A DNA stretch of 60,200 bases, the filler included, from Sphacelaria rigidula (Eukaryota), in assembly GCA_964200075.2 (NCBI GenBank). It is 5 parts of 5 records of this genome, joined end to end, with 100 filler letters (N's around TTAATTAATTAA, not from the genome) between each part and the next. Parts side by side here need not be neighbours in the genome. Positions count along the whole stretch, not along the records: positions 48,243 to 60,200 come from CAXNAA020004289.1; 4 more parts are not named here. One strand, given 5' to 3'. A program made the position numbers and the translations under genes. Each line of letters begins with the position of its first letter. Positions within the stretch are counted from its first letter, which is position 1. The notes under the pieces are model-generated. The model saw only the letters and a program-made list of their open reading frames with translations, ran no database searches and was not told the DNA's origin. Below, piece by piece: positions 49,877 to 60,200 of this stretch.

Positions 49877-52800
49877 GTTAGACACTGCTTCATCCTGTAT
49901 GTGATACCATCAGTAGTGTTGACAATTTGCGGACGGTGATGGATCTTTTTTTGCACGTGCGCAACGCGATATTCGGTGCATTTGCGGTACAGCATGTTGA
50001 TAGAATGCCTCTGTATGGTTTAATTCATGCGTACCGGTGCACTTGCAAAAGATTTAGAATGATCAAATCATGTATCCAATTTATTTCCAGGTTAGAAGCC
50101 CGCGGCGCTACACAAGTAGCACTTCGTTGGTGTTTGTTGTGTACCTTGTATATCGTCGTGGAGGTGTGCATGTAGTGTAACCATGCTGTATTTGGCTGTG
50201 ATAAGTGTATCGGTTCCGCTTTGGTTTGCTAGTCCTTGGTTGAATCTGATGGCCTCATCTGGCACACGTAACTGCCTTTATAATTCACGGGAAAACAGAG
50301 CAAGCGGCAAGCCAAGTCCAACGATGCTTTCCTCACCGTTTTCCACACGATGGCGCGGAGAGAGATGGACCTTGCAAGTCTCGACACCCCGCTCCTGCAC
50401 CGCGCTTTCGAGGCGTACGCATCTGATTCCCGCTACTGGAAGCACGCCTCCTACACCTTCAAGGTATGCGCGCTACGATTGGCCGTGGCTATATGGATCG
50501 TCCAATTGACCTTTTGTGGTACACGATCCTATCCGCAACGGGCCTTGCTGTGGTGACGAAGTCGATGTACCCGAAACGGGTAACGCCCGCTAAAGCAAAC
50601 TCCAGAAAATAAGGAGAAGCAAATAGGAAAAATTGGAAAGACTCAAGACTACCGATCAGAATGACCCTGAGAGAACCTTCGACAACCCGTGCCAGGGTTC
50701 TAGACAGGAGGCCGCACAATAAGTCATTCGGTGCGGGCAAGACGTGATTCAGCGTTATAGGGATGGCGCTGTTAAACTAGGAGATCTCGACAAACTGTGG
50801 AGAGGGGAAAGCACAGGCACTAATACGCAGGGCTGGGTAGTGGTGCAGCCAGCCAGTGTATAGACTGGATCCTGCCAGTATCTTGGGCACCCACGAAGCC
50901 TCACCGGAGGCGCGCTTTCACGTGATTTGGCTTCACTATTGCAAAGAGATCTTTTTCGGCTTCACTTGCGGCGCAATTAGATGGGTTTCCGTTGAATATT
51001 GAGGCGTGATAGTGAGGAATTCGTAAGTAAAAAGTACTGGCAGTGTTTGTTACTTTTTCCAGTACCAGTACACTGCCAGTACCATTAGTAGTGATATTTT
51101 ATACTGGTCCAGTACCCAGTCCTACTCACTCGGTAAACAGCTAAATATACTTGGAAAACATTTTACTATATACATTTATTTACCCTTTTGGCAAAATCAT
51201 AAAACAGGTAAGTACAATGTGTAGTGAAGGCAGCCAACCCTCTAACTACTAAAACCGTGTTTAGTGCCCCCATGTACACATTTTTTCACAATCATGAAAC
51301 AAACATGATTGACCCGGTATTAAAAACATCCATTTCACGTCGAGAAAGGTATCTGTACCTCCATCTGCCGCAATAATTAGTGTGGGGATGGCGGCGCCTG
51401 GTGTTACAAATTACGCTGGAAATCATGTGCCAAATAGATGCCATCTAACAGTACCAAAGCTTGGAGATATTCATGGCATGTTCGCAATGGTTTGAAACGT
51501 CATTCCCTTCGACTGGCGATTTATTTTTTCGCCAAAACCTGCTGGCTTTGGTCACTGTTTATCTGACTCACAGCACATTTGATGTATCTCATTTTCCTCA
51601 ATTATTTCAAGTATTATGGTATTACCACCAGGATAAACTATCCCAACGTCTGCTCGTCGTCTACCCTCGCTCCTGCCTGCCACAACCCCCCTGTTTTACT
51701 CGTACTCCTCTGACAACTACCTCGATCCCTTTCTCTCGATCCAGCTACTGCGATCAAGACTCCATGAAACGGAAGACGGAGAGGTAAAGGAAGGGATTCT
51801 TGGAGCAGGACATTACGCCCGGGTCGTGGAGATATTGATAAAAAGCGGCAGATTGGGAAAAGACAGTCTAGCGGCGTTCATCGAAAAAATGCAGGTACCT
51901 GACCGACCGACTGACTGATTCATTCATTCATTCATTCATTCATTCATTATATTATAATATTGGGCGTCTCACATGAAATCCGTTGGGCTGTAAATCTGGC
52001 CATGGTCACAAGATTATACAGTACCTTTGAATGCCACGTGGCACACTCCCAGCTCGTTTTCACATACCCCGCACTTGAAACTACGGTTGCAGACCTTTTC
52101 TTCCAGGCCCCAAATTTGTCCACGTTTTCCGTAGCGTTGAACTTGAATCTCACTCAAAACAAGGTTCTAAATGGAAGTTTACAAAGGGTGGTAGCGCATC
52201 GACATCCGTTTAAGAATTGGTCACTCTGCACATGACCGGTTTCGCATGGCTACCACGTGCATGGCCAGCCTCCCAATTCTCGGTCGTGCCACGAGTGTAT
52301 CCTTTCACGGTTAGGACAAATCATCACGACTCAAAATCACCAAATTCACGATTTCTTCGGNNNNNNNNNNATTCCACGTGTCTAGGCTGCGTGTACCTGA
52401 GTTGCAACGCTGAAACAAAGCCTAGGGATCGATTTGTCACGAGTCGACTCATCATACTATAACCAAGTAATTATCAGACGAATCATTATTTGTCCGATCC
52501 TTGTATCCTTTTGGAACGCGTCGTCGGTAATTCGGTAATTATATTCGATTCTTTTCTTTTTTTTCTCTGAACGTGGTAACTGTAACGCGATGCTCGTTTT
52601 TTTTCGCAGCAAAGCGTGAGTACTCCCCGTTTATTTATTCTGGGATGTAACCGTGACACGCTTTCCTTTTTTTTCGGAACACATATTTGAATAGTGGTGG
52701 CTGGCTTATTTTTTTTCGCCCAGACTATGTGAAACGTGCCACCCTCGCCCTCGGATTAATGTCTGCAGGTAGATGGGGTGAAGCCTGGAGGGGAGCTGCT

Positions 52801-55800
52801 GGAGCGAGCGGTGCGAGCCGCCATAGAGCGAAAGGATTGGCATTTAGCCGCGCTGGTGTTCGAAGAGATTTCGCTGGTGTATGACGACCTGTTTGCAACC
52901 TACCAGAGCAACTGGGACTACATTGAGGTACAGCACTGCTCGGAGACCCGCCGTGAGGCAGCAGCCCACACGGCGGGACTAGCAATAGCTGAGGCGGGTG
53001 TGTCTCGCTTGTCACAGCTTGTTTTCTTGAATACGGCCCCACTGATAAGTTGTGACGAAGGCTGGATTCCTCTCAAACCAGTGAATGGTAAATGTGCGGG
53101 AAACAATCAATGTGTTGTGTGTGTGTTGTCGTCCCATCTATTCTGGACGCCGGTCTACACCTTTCGGTAAACGTGGGCGCACCAGCCGGGGTCACACAGG
53201 AGGAAGGCCAACACAGGAGTTTTTTTTTTGTGTGTGTTTTAGTTCTCCACCTTCCTTCTGCGGTGCTTGCCTTTTATTTTTTATCGCGAAAGGGGTTCAG
53301 CACCCCCTTTCCCTCGTCAACCGTGCAGTCAAATTTTGCGTACCCACGACATAGTCGCTCTCCACTGTTGGGCATGGTGTGAGAACAAATCCCAGATCGC
53401 TCCGAGGTTTGAACCCACGACCCAGCCGTCAGAAGGTTTCGAGGTCAGCAGCTGAGCCACGGGGGCTACCGGCTAATCAATGAGATCAATCGATCGATCG
53501 ATATGGGTAACACGAAGTACAATACAATCAGGCAGGTGTACCGACACAGCGGGGTGATCTCGACTTGTTTGTCATTGTGTTAGCCTCAGTACGAGTTCTT
53601 TACTGTTCTACTATAACTGTTGGTTTCACGCCTTTTGCTTCGTGTTTTTCGCTCTTGTTTTATCTTCATGGAGTGTGATTGGGCGGGCGAAGATGCCTTG
53701 TATGTTGGCGAGACGCAGTATGCAGAAAGCGGATGTGGTGCACATGCTCGACGTTTCACGACGAACGAGAACGTCTCATTGCAGCTTCCCGGAACTGGTC
53801 TCTGGAACGTTCGATGATGAGGATAATCTGGGAAATATGTACCGGACATCGGAGAAATTTCTCAGGAACAGAAGGGGAATTGTTGGGTAACGATTCTCGA
53901 TATCACGCAAAGTCAGCCACGAGGCGCAAGAAGTCTCGCGTGTACACGTACACGTTCAAATCCTTTTGCCCTGAGCGGCGCACATGTCCACCCAGGCGCA
54001 AACCATTCAAGATGGTGTAACAAGCCCGACTTGTCTCCTCCGTCATGTACGTCGACGGGGGCCTCGGGTTACAGCGCTCGTACCGATCCCTCGGCGTGTG
54101 TGATGTGTACATATGACGTGTGCATAGTGGGATATTGAGGTCACCGCTGCTTCTGCGCGAGATGGAGAGAAACGACTGCGTCGTTCACTGAATTAACCAT
54201 CACCCTTGCGACCACGCCGTATCATACTCGTCGGCGTGGCGTGCGTCTTGTGTGTAGGTACCGCATGATGAGCCATGGGAACAAAGCGTTAATTAGGTCG
54301 ATGCATACGGTTGTTGCTATTATTGTGCCTGCTGCTGTTATTGTTGGTGTTGTTGTTGTCTAAACCTGGCATATCGCAGGCTGTTGTGCGACAGTACAGC
54401 CTGAAGAAGGCATACGACAAAATAAAGCGAATACAAGTCAGCATCCTGGACGGGCCTAAGCCAGACGAACCCTTGGACACTCACGCACTCAAGTGCCTCA
54501 TCGACTGCAGTGGGGTCACCGCGGAGGTACGGTTATAACGGTCCGTGAAAACAAAATCGGTATGCAGCACGAAGTTGGTTGCAGCGCGTGCGCGTGTGTG
54601 TGTTTGTTGGTATCCCATCCATTGTGGACGCCAGTCTACACCTTCGGTATAAATGGGCGCATCAGCCGGGGTTACACGGGAGGAAGGTCAACACGGGAGT
54701 TTTTTTGTTTGTATCAGCGCACCCACCTTCCTTCTGCGGTACTTGCCTTGCTTTTTTATCGCGAGAAGAGTTTAGCGGTTTCTTTCCCTCGTCGACCCTG
54801 GAGTCGAACTTTGTGTACCCACGACACAGTCACTCTCCTCTGTTGTTTGGTATCATGTGAGAAAAATCCCAGATCGTGTGTCTCCACCGAAAGTCGAACC
54901 CACGTCCTAACTGTCAGAAGGTTTCGAGCTTACCGACTGAGTCACCGGGGCGACCGGCAATCTATTAAACACAATATATGTAAGTGTTCGGTGCTTGTTG
55001 GGTGTCGTCGGTTTTTTTTTGTGTGTTTTGATGTTACAAGTAGTCGACTGTGTTTGTGCGACGTGAGTTGAGGCGGTGCGGGAGTGCTGATCCAATCCGC
55101 GAGACAAAAATGAAAGGCACGTACCGGGGGAGATATGGGTTGATCCCTTGAGACCACGGACTCATCCCGAGGAAGGGGAGGGGTTCAAAGTGTGAGGAAT
55201 AAATAATCTGTGCGCGGTAGAGGCAGCATCCTCCACCTCGTGAGATACACCGCTTTGGACGAGTACTAATAACAGGAAATTTTGCTCTGTCGACAGTCCA
55301 ACCGCAGGAAGTGCATGTTTTACGAGCAAGCGATTGGTCCCGGTTGAGAGGAGATTGTCGACTGGGGGGAAAAAGAGAACATAATAAAATAACTGGTTAT
55401 TCGGTGTCCCATCCAGGGTTTGTATCGCCCTGGTTGTGGTGCAGAAGAGACCGAACTTTCGGATCTATACTTAAAGCGCCGAATCGTCGAGCTTGTGAAG
55501 TGCGGGTTATTATGAAGTACGCTGTACAGCAGTTTCCCTGCCGTGAATAACATACGACATAGCAGCGACTGCCCGCTGTGGAAAAAGGCGTATTTCAAGC
55601 GAAGGTAAAGACCTTGTCGACGGCCTCACCAGATTATGAAGATGCAACGCTCAATACCACGACTAGGAAGCGGTATGGGCCGAGGAGTTCGGCCCAGCTT
55701 CTCAGATCGCCGCTCTTGTGCTCTTGTAACAATCGAGGCTTGGCTCCTCAGCTATTAATAGTAGCATCTCGTCAGGGGGTTGCTCTTTACGTCGCAGATG

Positions 55801-57874
55801 CGTGCATTCGGCAAGGTGTGGTCTAACGCTTAACCCTTACTGTCTTTTTTATTGTCATTTTTTCCTTGTATTTGTTCTCCCTTCGGTTACTTTCCTGATT
55901 GTTTTTGTCCTGTTTTTTGCTGTTTTGTTCTCCGTTTCCTCAATTCGCTCCTTTCGTTTGTCCCAAATCTACGAATATTTTCAGTCTTCTTCAGCGAGCG
56001 TTTCCGTTTTGCTTTACCTCGGGCACGTCTGTGTTGTGTCTTATGACCACCACTGGATCCCTCAGGGATCGGTTGATTGATCTGACTGCATGGCCTCCTT
56101 ATCATGCATTAGTACCATTGTTATTATTTTCCGCACATCGTCCCAAACTCTCGAACCCGTGGTCACAGACGTAGACTCGCCTTTCCAATACCGTCCCTGC
56201 TATTCCTTGCACAATGTGTATGCGCAAGATTTCAAAACCGTAAAACCTCCCGTGCTGAACCTATGGACTTGGGCGATCCAATGTTCTCACTCTGCTGTGT
56301 GGGGGCGTTTGGGGTGATGTTTTATCTCGTCGATATGATCTGTTCGTCTCCTCAGCGACAAAAAACACATTAACACAATGACGCATGCGTGTCCACTTCA
56401 TCAAGTGAACAAAATATGCCAACCCTTTGACTGTGACTCCCCCCCTCCCCCCCCCTCCCCCCAGATGGACCCAGATAGACCATCCCACATTCGGGGTTCA
56501 GAGCAGCTGTTTTTTCACTAAGCAAAGCGCCTTTTTTTCATGAACATGTGGATGTTGGACCTACATAGCAGATGGTCCCGGAGGACGCCTGACCGGTTTT
56601 GAGCCTGCAGTCAGGTGCACACAGGGTCATCACATATCTCTTTGCTCAGCGGATTTCAGTTTTCGTGGCTGCATGTTTTATGAGTTGCAAGTGGCGCACG
56701 CTCGCAGCTGCCAGTGTTACGATATATGGAAATAACGTACACCATGTCCTCCTATCCATGCTTTCGCAGCAGTCCTGGTATTTTCGGGGCAGGGCTTTTG
56801 TAGGCTATTGTAGCACACCTTGAGCGTGGGTTGATCTTGCACGCATGTCACAATGTCTCAGCTATACCTCCTATGCCTTTACTACCTCCATTTTACTGTC
56901 TGTACCACTGCTACTCTACCGTGCATACATCCTGCAAACTTGTTTCAGCAGCCGCTAAATACGACGGTATGAAAGAGTGAGCGTTCCATCGTATTCACTC
57001 AACACAGTGTGCTGCAGGGGCAAGGCTGGCACATGGCACATCTCGAACGTGTTTTGATCTTGCACGCGTGTCGCATCGTCTCAGGTGCATGTACTTTATT
57101 TTTTATTGACTCCGTGCTGCTGCTGCTGCTCCAGCTGGTACTGCTACCCACCATACATCATGCGAACGTTTTTTTTTCCTCGTTGACCGGACACAGAGGT
57201 ACAGAGGCAACAAACAGTCAGCGTGCCTCCCTCTCCACTGAACACCGTCTGCTGTACGCTGCTGATGTCTCTGCTTAGTGTTCGGCAACAAACACTGCAG
57301 ACAGTATGATGCTACGCTGGCAACACAAGAGGAGCCAAGCGGGTGGCAAAGACCACGAGCGGAGTCGACAGCACTCTCGTTTCCCTGTGTTATCTATGGT
57401 TGAATGGCCATGACTAACTTGATTAAATACCGCCAGACTGCGAGGTGGTCCATCTGCGGTCTACCTGTAGGAAAACAAAGTCACCATTTTGATGACCGTG
57501 ATTATTCTGAATGATCACTACACTCCTCTCGGGCCTAATCCCTGGCTTAGACTTTTCCGTGTGAAACTTCCAAACGCGCGTTCTTGACTTCGTGAGATGT
57601 CCGGTTGTTCTCCTATCACGCACCCTGCTCCCTGAAAACCCACGGATGTTTATGGACTGTCAGCTGATGAAACTGTTCCGAGATGATGCTCGCAGTGAAA
57701 GGTTGAACGAGCAGACAAAAGGACAGGATCACCGACTGAAAAAGCAATGATTTTTGTTTTTTCGTGGGCCGATTTGCCGAGCAGGCCTCCACTGTTTTCC
57801 TGGTGGAGATGGCGGAGCATGGCGTCAACCTCGCTCCGGACACCTACGCCGTGGTGATAGAGCATGCCAACCAG
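49721..57874 (+). CDS. Pentatricopeptide-repeat (PPR)-like protein, six internal exons (both ends missing)
   Basis: Phase-0 exons 49721-49876, 50299-50463, 51745-51894, 52769-52927, 54380-54526 and 57785-57874, all AG/GT bounded and open. Splicing rebuilds PPR motifs: YSEVMKLACSIGLWRTALEMLDEME, FIEKMQ|VDGVKP, LKCLIDCSGVTAE|ASTVFLVEMAEHGVNLAPDTYAVVIE. Confidence 0.85.
50299..50463 (+). CDS. PPR-like exon
   Basis: aacag| SKRQAKSNDAFLTVFHTMARRE...WKHASYTFK |gtatgc. Confidence 0.8.
51745..51894 (+). CDS. PPR-like exon (absent from ORF track)
   Basis: tccag| LLRSRLHETEDG...HYARVVEILIKSGRLGKDSLAAFIEKMQ |gtacct. Confidence 0.8.
52769..52927 (+). CDS. PPR-like exon
   Basis: tgcag| VDGVKPGGELLERAVRAAIERKDWHLAALVFEEI...NWDYIE |gtacag. 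Confidence 0.82.
53113..53472 (-). mobile_element. tRNA-derived SINE family A, full length (~360 bp), candidate 8-bp TSD AATCAATG
   Basis: Minus strand: tRNA-like head, conserved body and CA-rich tail (gacgacaacacacacacaaca). aatcaatg occurs at 53105-53112 and 53475-53482. Confidence 0.85.
54380..54526 (+). CDS. PPR-like exon
   Basis: cgcag| AVVRQYSLKKAYDKIKRIQ...LKCLIDCSGVTAE |gtacgg. Confidence 0.8.
54592..54957 (-). mobile_element. tRNA-derived SINE family A, full length
   Basis: Colinear with 53113-53472 from the gtgtgtgt tail to the caccggggcgaccgg head. Confidence 0.85.
55055..55205 (+). mobile_element. SINE family B, 3' half
   Basis: gacgtgagttga.gcggtgcg.gagtgctgatccaatccgcgagac.aaaatgaaaggcac...gagaccacggactcat..cgaggaaggg matches 22429-22565. 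A more diverged relative lies at ~58310-58465. Confidence 0.8.
57785..57874 (+). CDS. PPR-like exon (absent from ORF track)
   Basis: agcag| ASTVFLVEMAEHGVNLAPDTYAVVIEHANQ |gtgact. Confidence 0.82.
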
Positions 57875-59415
57875 GTGACTTTGCGGTTTGATAATCGGAA
57901 GCCGTCGTGTCCCACTGGTTGAGAGGGTACACCAGTGGCCACTTCGGGGCACAAGGTTGCTTGGTTGACCAATTAATTGACTGACTGGTTGATGGATTGA
58001 TTCTCGCACATGTACGGTGTACAGTAACTGATGCCCTCCTGGTAGGAATCCAGCCGTGATCGTTACACACAACATATTGTACACATAACATACCCGTAAC
58101 CAAGTTAGACTCTGAGGAAGCACTCGCTAAGGCGCTCGCTATGACACTCGCTATGGCACTCGCAAAGGGAACATATTTCGAGCAAAGGGGAGGAAACGGG
58201 TACAAAATTCCTGATTGATGGGATCTTGTTGAGCGGAACTTGGTTTATCTCGTACGTAAAGAGCGAGACGACGTGAGAGGCAAAATAAGAAGAGAGTTTT
58301 TGGGCGAGAGTCGATCCGGTGCGGGAGTGCTGATAGTCATGATCCAATCTGCGATATTCAAATCTCAGGCGAGTGTTGGGGCAAGTCGTGACTCGATCCC
58401 TTGAGATCATGCTCTCGTCCCGAGGATGCGGCAGTGGTTTAGAGTATGACACGCAAAAAAAGAAATAATGATGACCAAAAAACATTTGCTGCCGCGACGC
58501 GGTGATCCAAGTAGTACATGGCCACGGCTTTTGGCGGATGATGTTAATCGGAATGCCGACGGTAAGTGGCAGCCTTTTTTTTTCTATAACCTACGTTGTC
58601 TGGTAACGTGAGAAATGAGAGTTGTTGTCAAAAATGACGAATTCGATGACAGTTGACGGGCCGTGAAAATGCCGATACAATCCTCCACGAAAGAATGTAA
58701 AGCATCCAACGAGGGACAGACGGGTCGGTTTATTCCTCGAGGCTACAAAGTCATCCCGAACCATGGAAATGGGTCACAGCACGGAAAACACAAACGGTGC
58801 CGATCGACCCTGGGCCTGTCAACAAGCAGATTGACCACAAGATACGGTGTCTAACCCCCGGGGACGATGGCTTTGGGGGGCGTAACAACTGTTCCCCTGG
58901 GGGTGTACTCATGACCATGCATGCCGTAGTCATAAGATCATTGGCCTCGCATCCCCACAATGCCGGGACGGACACGTCGGGTTTTCGCCGGACCAGGCTC
59001 GCATGCAATCACCAAGCGCGAAGCCCCGTGGTGTGTTCGGCGAATCGCACGAAGGGTGAGCTGCATCCTGCTAAGATTGTTTGGCCCGAAGCCTACTGAT
59101 AATCTTGCATCAGGATGACAGCCAACTATAAGTTGCTTCATTTCCTGGTATCGCCGCTTCCAGAGACAGCCACGGCTTATACACCGCCTCATGGGTGTCT
59201 TACCATAGCTGATCTCCTGAGGGGGTGGGGGGGAAAGTGATGGGGAAGGGTGGTACATAACGTGCGGTGCAACACGGCGTATATGGGGAGGATTCGAAGA
59301 GCAGAAGGTAGAACACGGCGTATTCGATTCGTACGTAGTATATCCCCGTTCCCTTAAAAACACCCCGCTAGTGATCAAATTTCGGCTGTCTTTGACATCA
59401 TGTCATTATCCACAG

Positions 59416-59451
<36 letters not shown>

Positions 59452-59718
59452 CTTCCAACCCCTCCCTTCCCGTCCTCGGGACGAGTACGCGAGAGAACTT
59501 TTTACGACAGTCGTTTTAACAAACTCAGCCAAAATTCAGAGTCTCTTTTCTCTCCTCATGTGTGTCGTCACATTTTCACCAATGGCACAAATCAGATTTT
59601 GTACTTGGTGAGAAAAAAGCCAAACTAGACGAATCCGGCGGGAATTGATCGAGCACGCGCGTTTCCCGCCCTGATGGTATCACTTGTACCGTCAGACCAC
59701 CGGGGCGCCGCGGCCTAG
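59416..59718 (-). mobile_element. tRNA-derived SINE related to family B with (CAA)n tail
   Basis: Minus-strand head taggccgcggcgccccggtggtctgacggt...ccatcagggcggg aligns to the head at 22266. The 3' end ctcgtcccgaggacgggaagggagggg is followed by (caa)n at 59416-59450. Confidence 0.7.
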
Positions 59719-60200
59719 TATATCACCCCCCCGAGTACTACCGATGGGTGATGACGTTTCGCGTCCCAAACTGTCATCATCCGGCGGTCGTATACACTAT
59801 ATTGTCGTATTCTATGGTAACCCGGTACAGTAGTACTACTCTAGGGACCGGTTTGAGGGCAAAAATGGACGAAAACCTATCGACCGAGAGGATGTTTTGA
59901 GGGGGTGGTATTAACCGTATTGTATATTTAAACGAAACCGTAACTCGCGGTAGCTTCGTAGATTGAACTTGACCGTCTCAGTTTGCAATGTTATCTCATG
60001 TCTCATGGGGTGTAGAGTGAGTAGAATGCGGCATGTTGTACGGGTAGGAAGTAAATACCACAATGCGTAACCGCGGTGCAATCGCCCCTCGAAAAATGTT
60101 TTGTATTGTAATTGATGTCGTGAAACAGGTGGTATTCTACGAGTTGTGCCTACTATGACACATCATTGTAATCGGCGAATCAGCGAGCGTCTTCAAATTA

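Noticed and set aside
53642..53890. Extra PPR exon between 52927 and 54380
   Set aside because: The flanking exons already join into a coherent repeat (NWDYIE|AVVRQ), and no phase-0 bounded PPR-like frame is evident here.

Overview
This is eukaryotic genomic DNA: intron-rich, rich in transposable elements and roughly 50% GC. An IFT74 gene, long pyrimidine-rich acceptors, GTGAG/GTACG/GTGCG donors and the repeat families point to a flagellate-stage stramenopile, most likely a brown alga (inference). The window is not one locus. It is five unrelated scaffolds of near-identical, descending length (1-11963, 12064-24023, 24124-36083, 36184-48142, 48243-60200), joined by artificial 100-nt N44-TTAATTAATTAA-N44 spacers. 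Scaffold 1 is transposon debris: a degenerate Ty3/Gypsy pol with a nested LINE RT fragment, SINE pieces, and tandem and inverted repeats. Scaffold 2 carries a 12-exon, 3'-truncated IFT74 gene with two GC-AG introns, one GAG acceptor and a 33-nt micro-exon. It sits head-to-head with the first exon of an N-myristoylated EF-hand protein. Scaffold 3 holds a large multi-exon minus-strand gene with intact-looking splice sites but several nonsense and frameshift lesions (probable pseudogene). Scaffold 4 is repeat-dominated, with a ~410-bp fold-back and a GAGTA/TACTC array. Scaffold 5 holds six phase-0 exons of a PPR-like protein with tRNA-derived SINEs in its introns. Most ORFs in the supplied track are spurious. 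I found no convincing wholly new biological system. The best leads are the non-canonical IFT74 splicing, two modular tRNA-SINE families, the long fold-backs and the decaying gene.
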